From: the human T2T-CHM13v2.0 reference genome, Homo sapiens
Reading direction: 5' to 3' (one strand)
Assembly: GCF_009914755.1 (NCBI RefSeq)
Contig: NC_060936.1
DNA: 64,000 nt
The notes under the pieces are model-generated. The model did not search any database. It was given only the letters and a program-made list of their open reading frames with translations, and was not told the origin of the DNA. Made by a program: the position numbers and the translations under genes. Below, in pieces: positions 62,624 to 64,000 of the stretch (its first letter is position 1; every line of letters begins with the position of its first letter).

Positions 62624-63785
62624 TTGATGTCATTATTATATCCTCTGGCACACAGTTAAGACATTAAATTTTCTAGTTAATGCAAGGTTTTCAGTTGTCA
62701 TCTAGAAAATTTATTACTCTCCTGGATCTTGTGGACCTCTGCTAATTTACCTGTGAATGCTTAGGGGACCATAGGTTATGATTTGAGGGGAAAAATAATT
62801 TATCTAGGTAATGGTTTTTTACAAATTAGGAGTATCCTTGCATTTAACAGTAAAAGTCCTGGATTTCAATTTGTGGAGTCGGTGAAACTACTGAGGAAAT
62901 CTAAGCAGGACTAGAACATAATCGGTTTTTATACAGAGGGAGTCTTCTGCTAGTGCTATGGAGAACAGATTTGGAATTGGGAGTTGATACGACAACACCA
63001 GCAGCTTGATGACAAATAGATGAGAAATGATAAGTTCTAAGTAAGTGCAATTAGAATAAAGATAGAGGAAAAGTGACAAAGAAACAAATTTAGGAGAAGA
63101 AAATATTAGGAAATTGATAATCATATATGAGAAGTGAGAGAAAACAAATTTCAAGGCTGACAACTTTCTCAATAAAACTGACAAGCTAAAGAATCCCTAC
63201 ACATTATTGATTGTAGTTTTTTCTTATATATGAGTGGCATTGAGGGAGTTTCAGGAAAATGATTTTTCCACTTGTTTATATTATGTAATACAAAATACGA
63301 TAATTTTTTCAGATTTCTTTATACTTCTGACTAATTTTAAATAAATGTTCTCCTTTATATCACTTGTAATTATTTTTTCTTGCCTTAGAAACATTGGAGT
63401 CAGGGATTAAATAAATTTATTGACTAAAAATAAGATTGGAGGATATATAGAATATGAGGCTGTTGATATTTCTAAAAAAATTATTGTCATTGTTTTCCAT
63501 TCTTAAACTTAACTTCCATTGAAAAATATTGTGTCAGTTATATAGATTTGTCCATTATGTCTATGGATGAATTTCCCAATAGGCCTATAAGTGAAAGTTA
63601 AATAAAAATGAACTCTAGTATTAAATAATCATGTCTATAAGAAATGGGAAATATATTTGTTTTAAATAAGAAATATCTTTAAAAATAGAGGTATTTGAGA
63701 AACAAAGGATAGAATAAGTTATAAAATAAAAATTGTCTTAATAAATTACAGGTTGAAATTATAGGTTGCCATCTCTCTCTCTCTC

Positions 63786-64000
63786 TTTTTTGACAGGGTC
63801 TCAGCCTGTCACCCAACCTGGAGTGCAGTAGCACAAAGTCGTTCATCACAACTTTCTCCTTCCAGGCTCAAGCAATCCTCCTTTCTCAGCCTCCCAGATA
63901 GCTGGGACCACAAGCGTGTGCCACCATGCCTGGCTAATTTCTGTAATTCTGTAGAGACGGGTCTTGCTATGTGGCTCAGGCTGGTCTCAAACTCCTGGGC
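63786..64000 (-). mobile_element. AluJ, cut by the window edge
   Basis: GACAGGGTCTC, GGCTCAAGCAATCCTCC and AACTCCTGGGC are J-type diagnostics. Confidence 0.9.

Noticed and set aside
62888-63184. 98-aa hydrophobic ORF
   Set aside because: It reflects T-rich strand composition and overlaps probable L2 debris, with no supporting signals.

Overview
This is AT-rich, CpG-depleted primate genomic DNA. It is probably human or another great ape, since it carries an L1PA3/PA2-type insertion and an AluY. I found no recognisable host protein-coding exon, rRNA, tRNA or CRISPR array, so it reads as gene desert or deep intron. Most of the window is nested transposable elements: many L1 layers (old L1M/ME/MD/MB/MA, a near full-length L1PB, several L1PA), nine Alus, LTRs (MLT2, ERV1-type, MER52, two THE1/MST), DNA transposon relics (Tigger1, MER2, HSMAR2), MIR/L2 and microsatellites. 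Almost every long ORF in the track derives from L1, Alu, LTR or mariner sequence. I do not see a new biological system. The most interesting signals are mechanistic: (i) a 311-bp poly(A)-tailed, TSD-flanked insert resembling an ancient HAL1-type 3' end inside a much younger L1PA; (ii) a TSD-flanked retrocopy of a cellular 3' UTR; (iii) two neighbouring twin-primed 5'-inverted L1s of very different ages; (iv) a near-perfect 85-86 bp tandem triplication inside an old L1; (v) a 48-bp, 94%-identical duplication between two MIRs; and (vi) a duplication with a fold-back spacer. Subfamily names come from recalled consensus features, not from running RepeatMasker, and boundaries of old elements are approximate.
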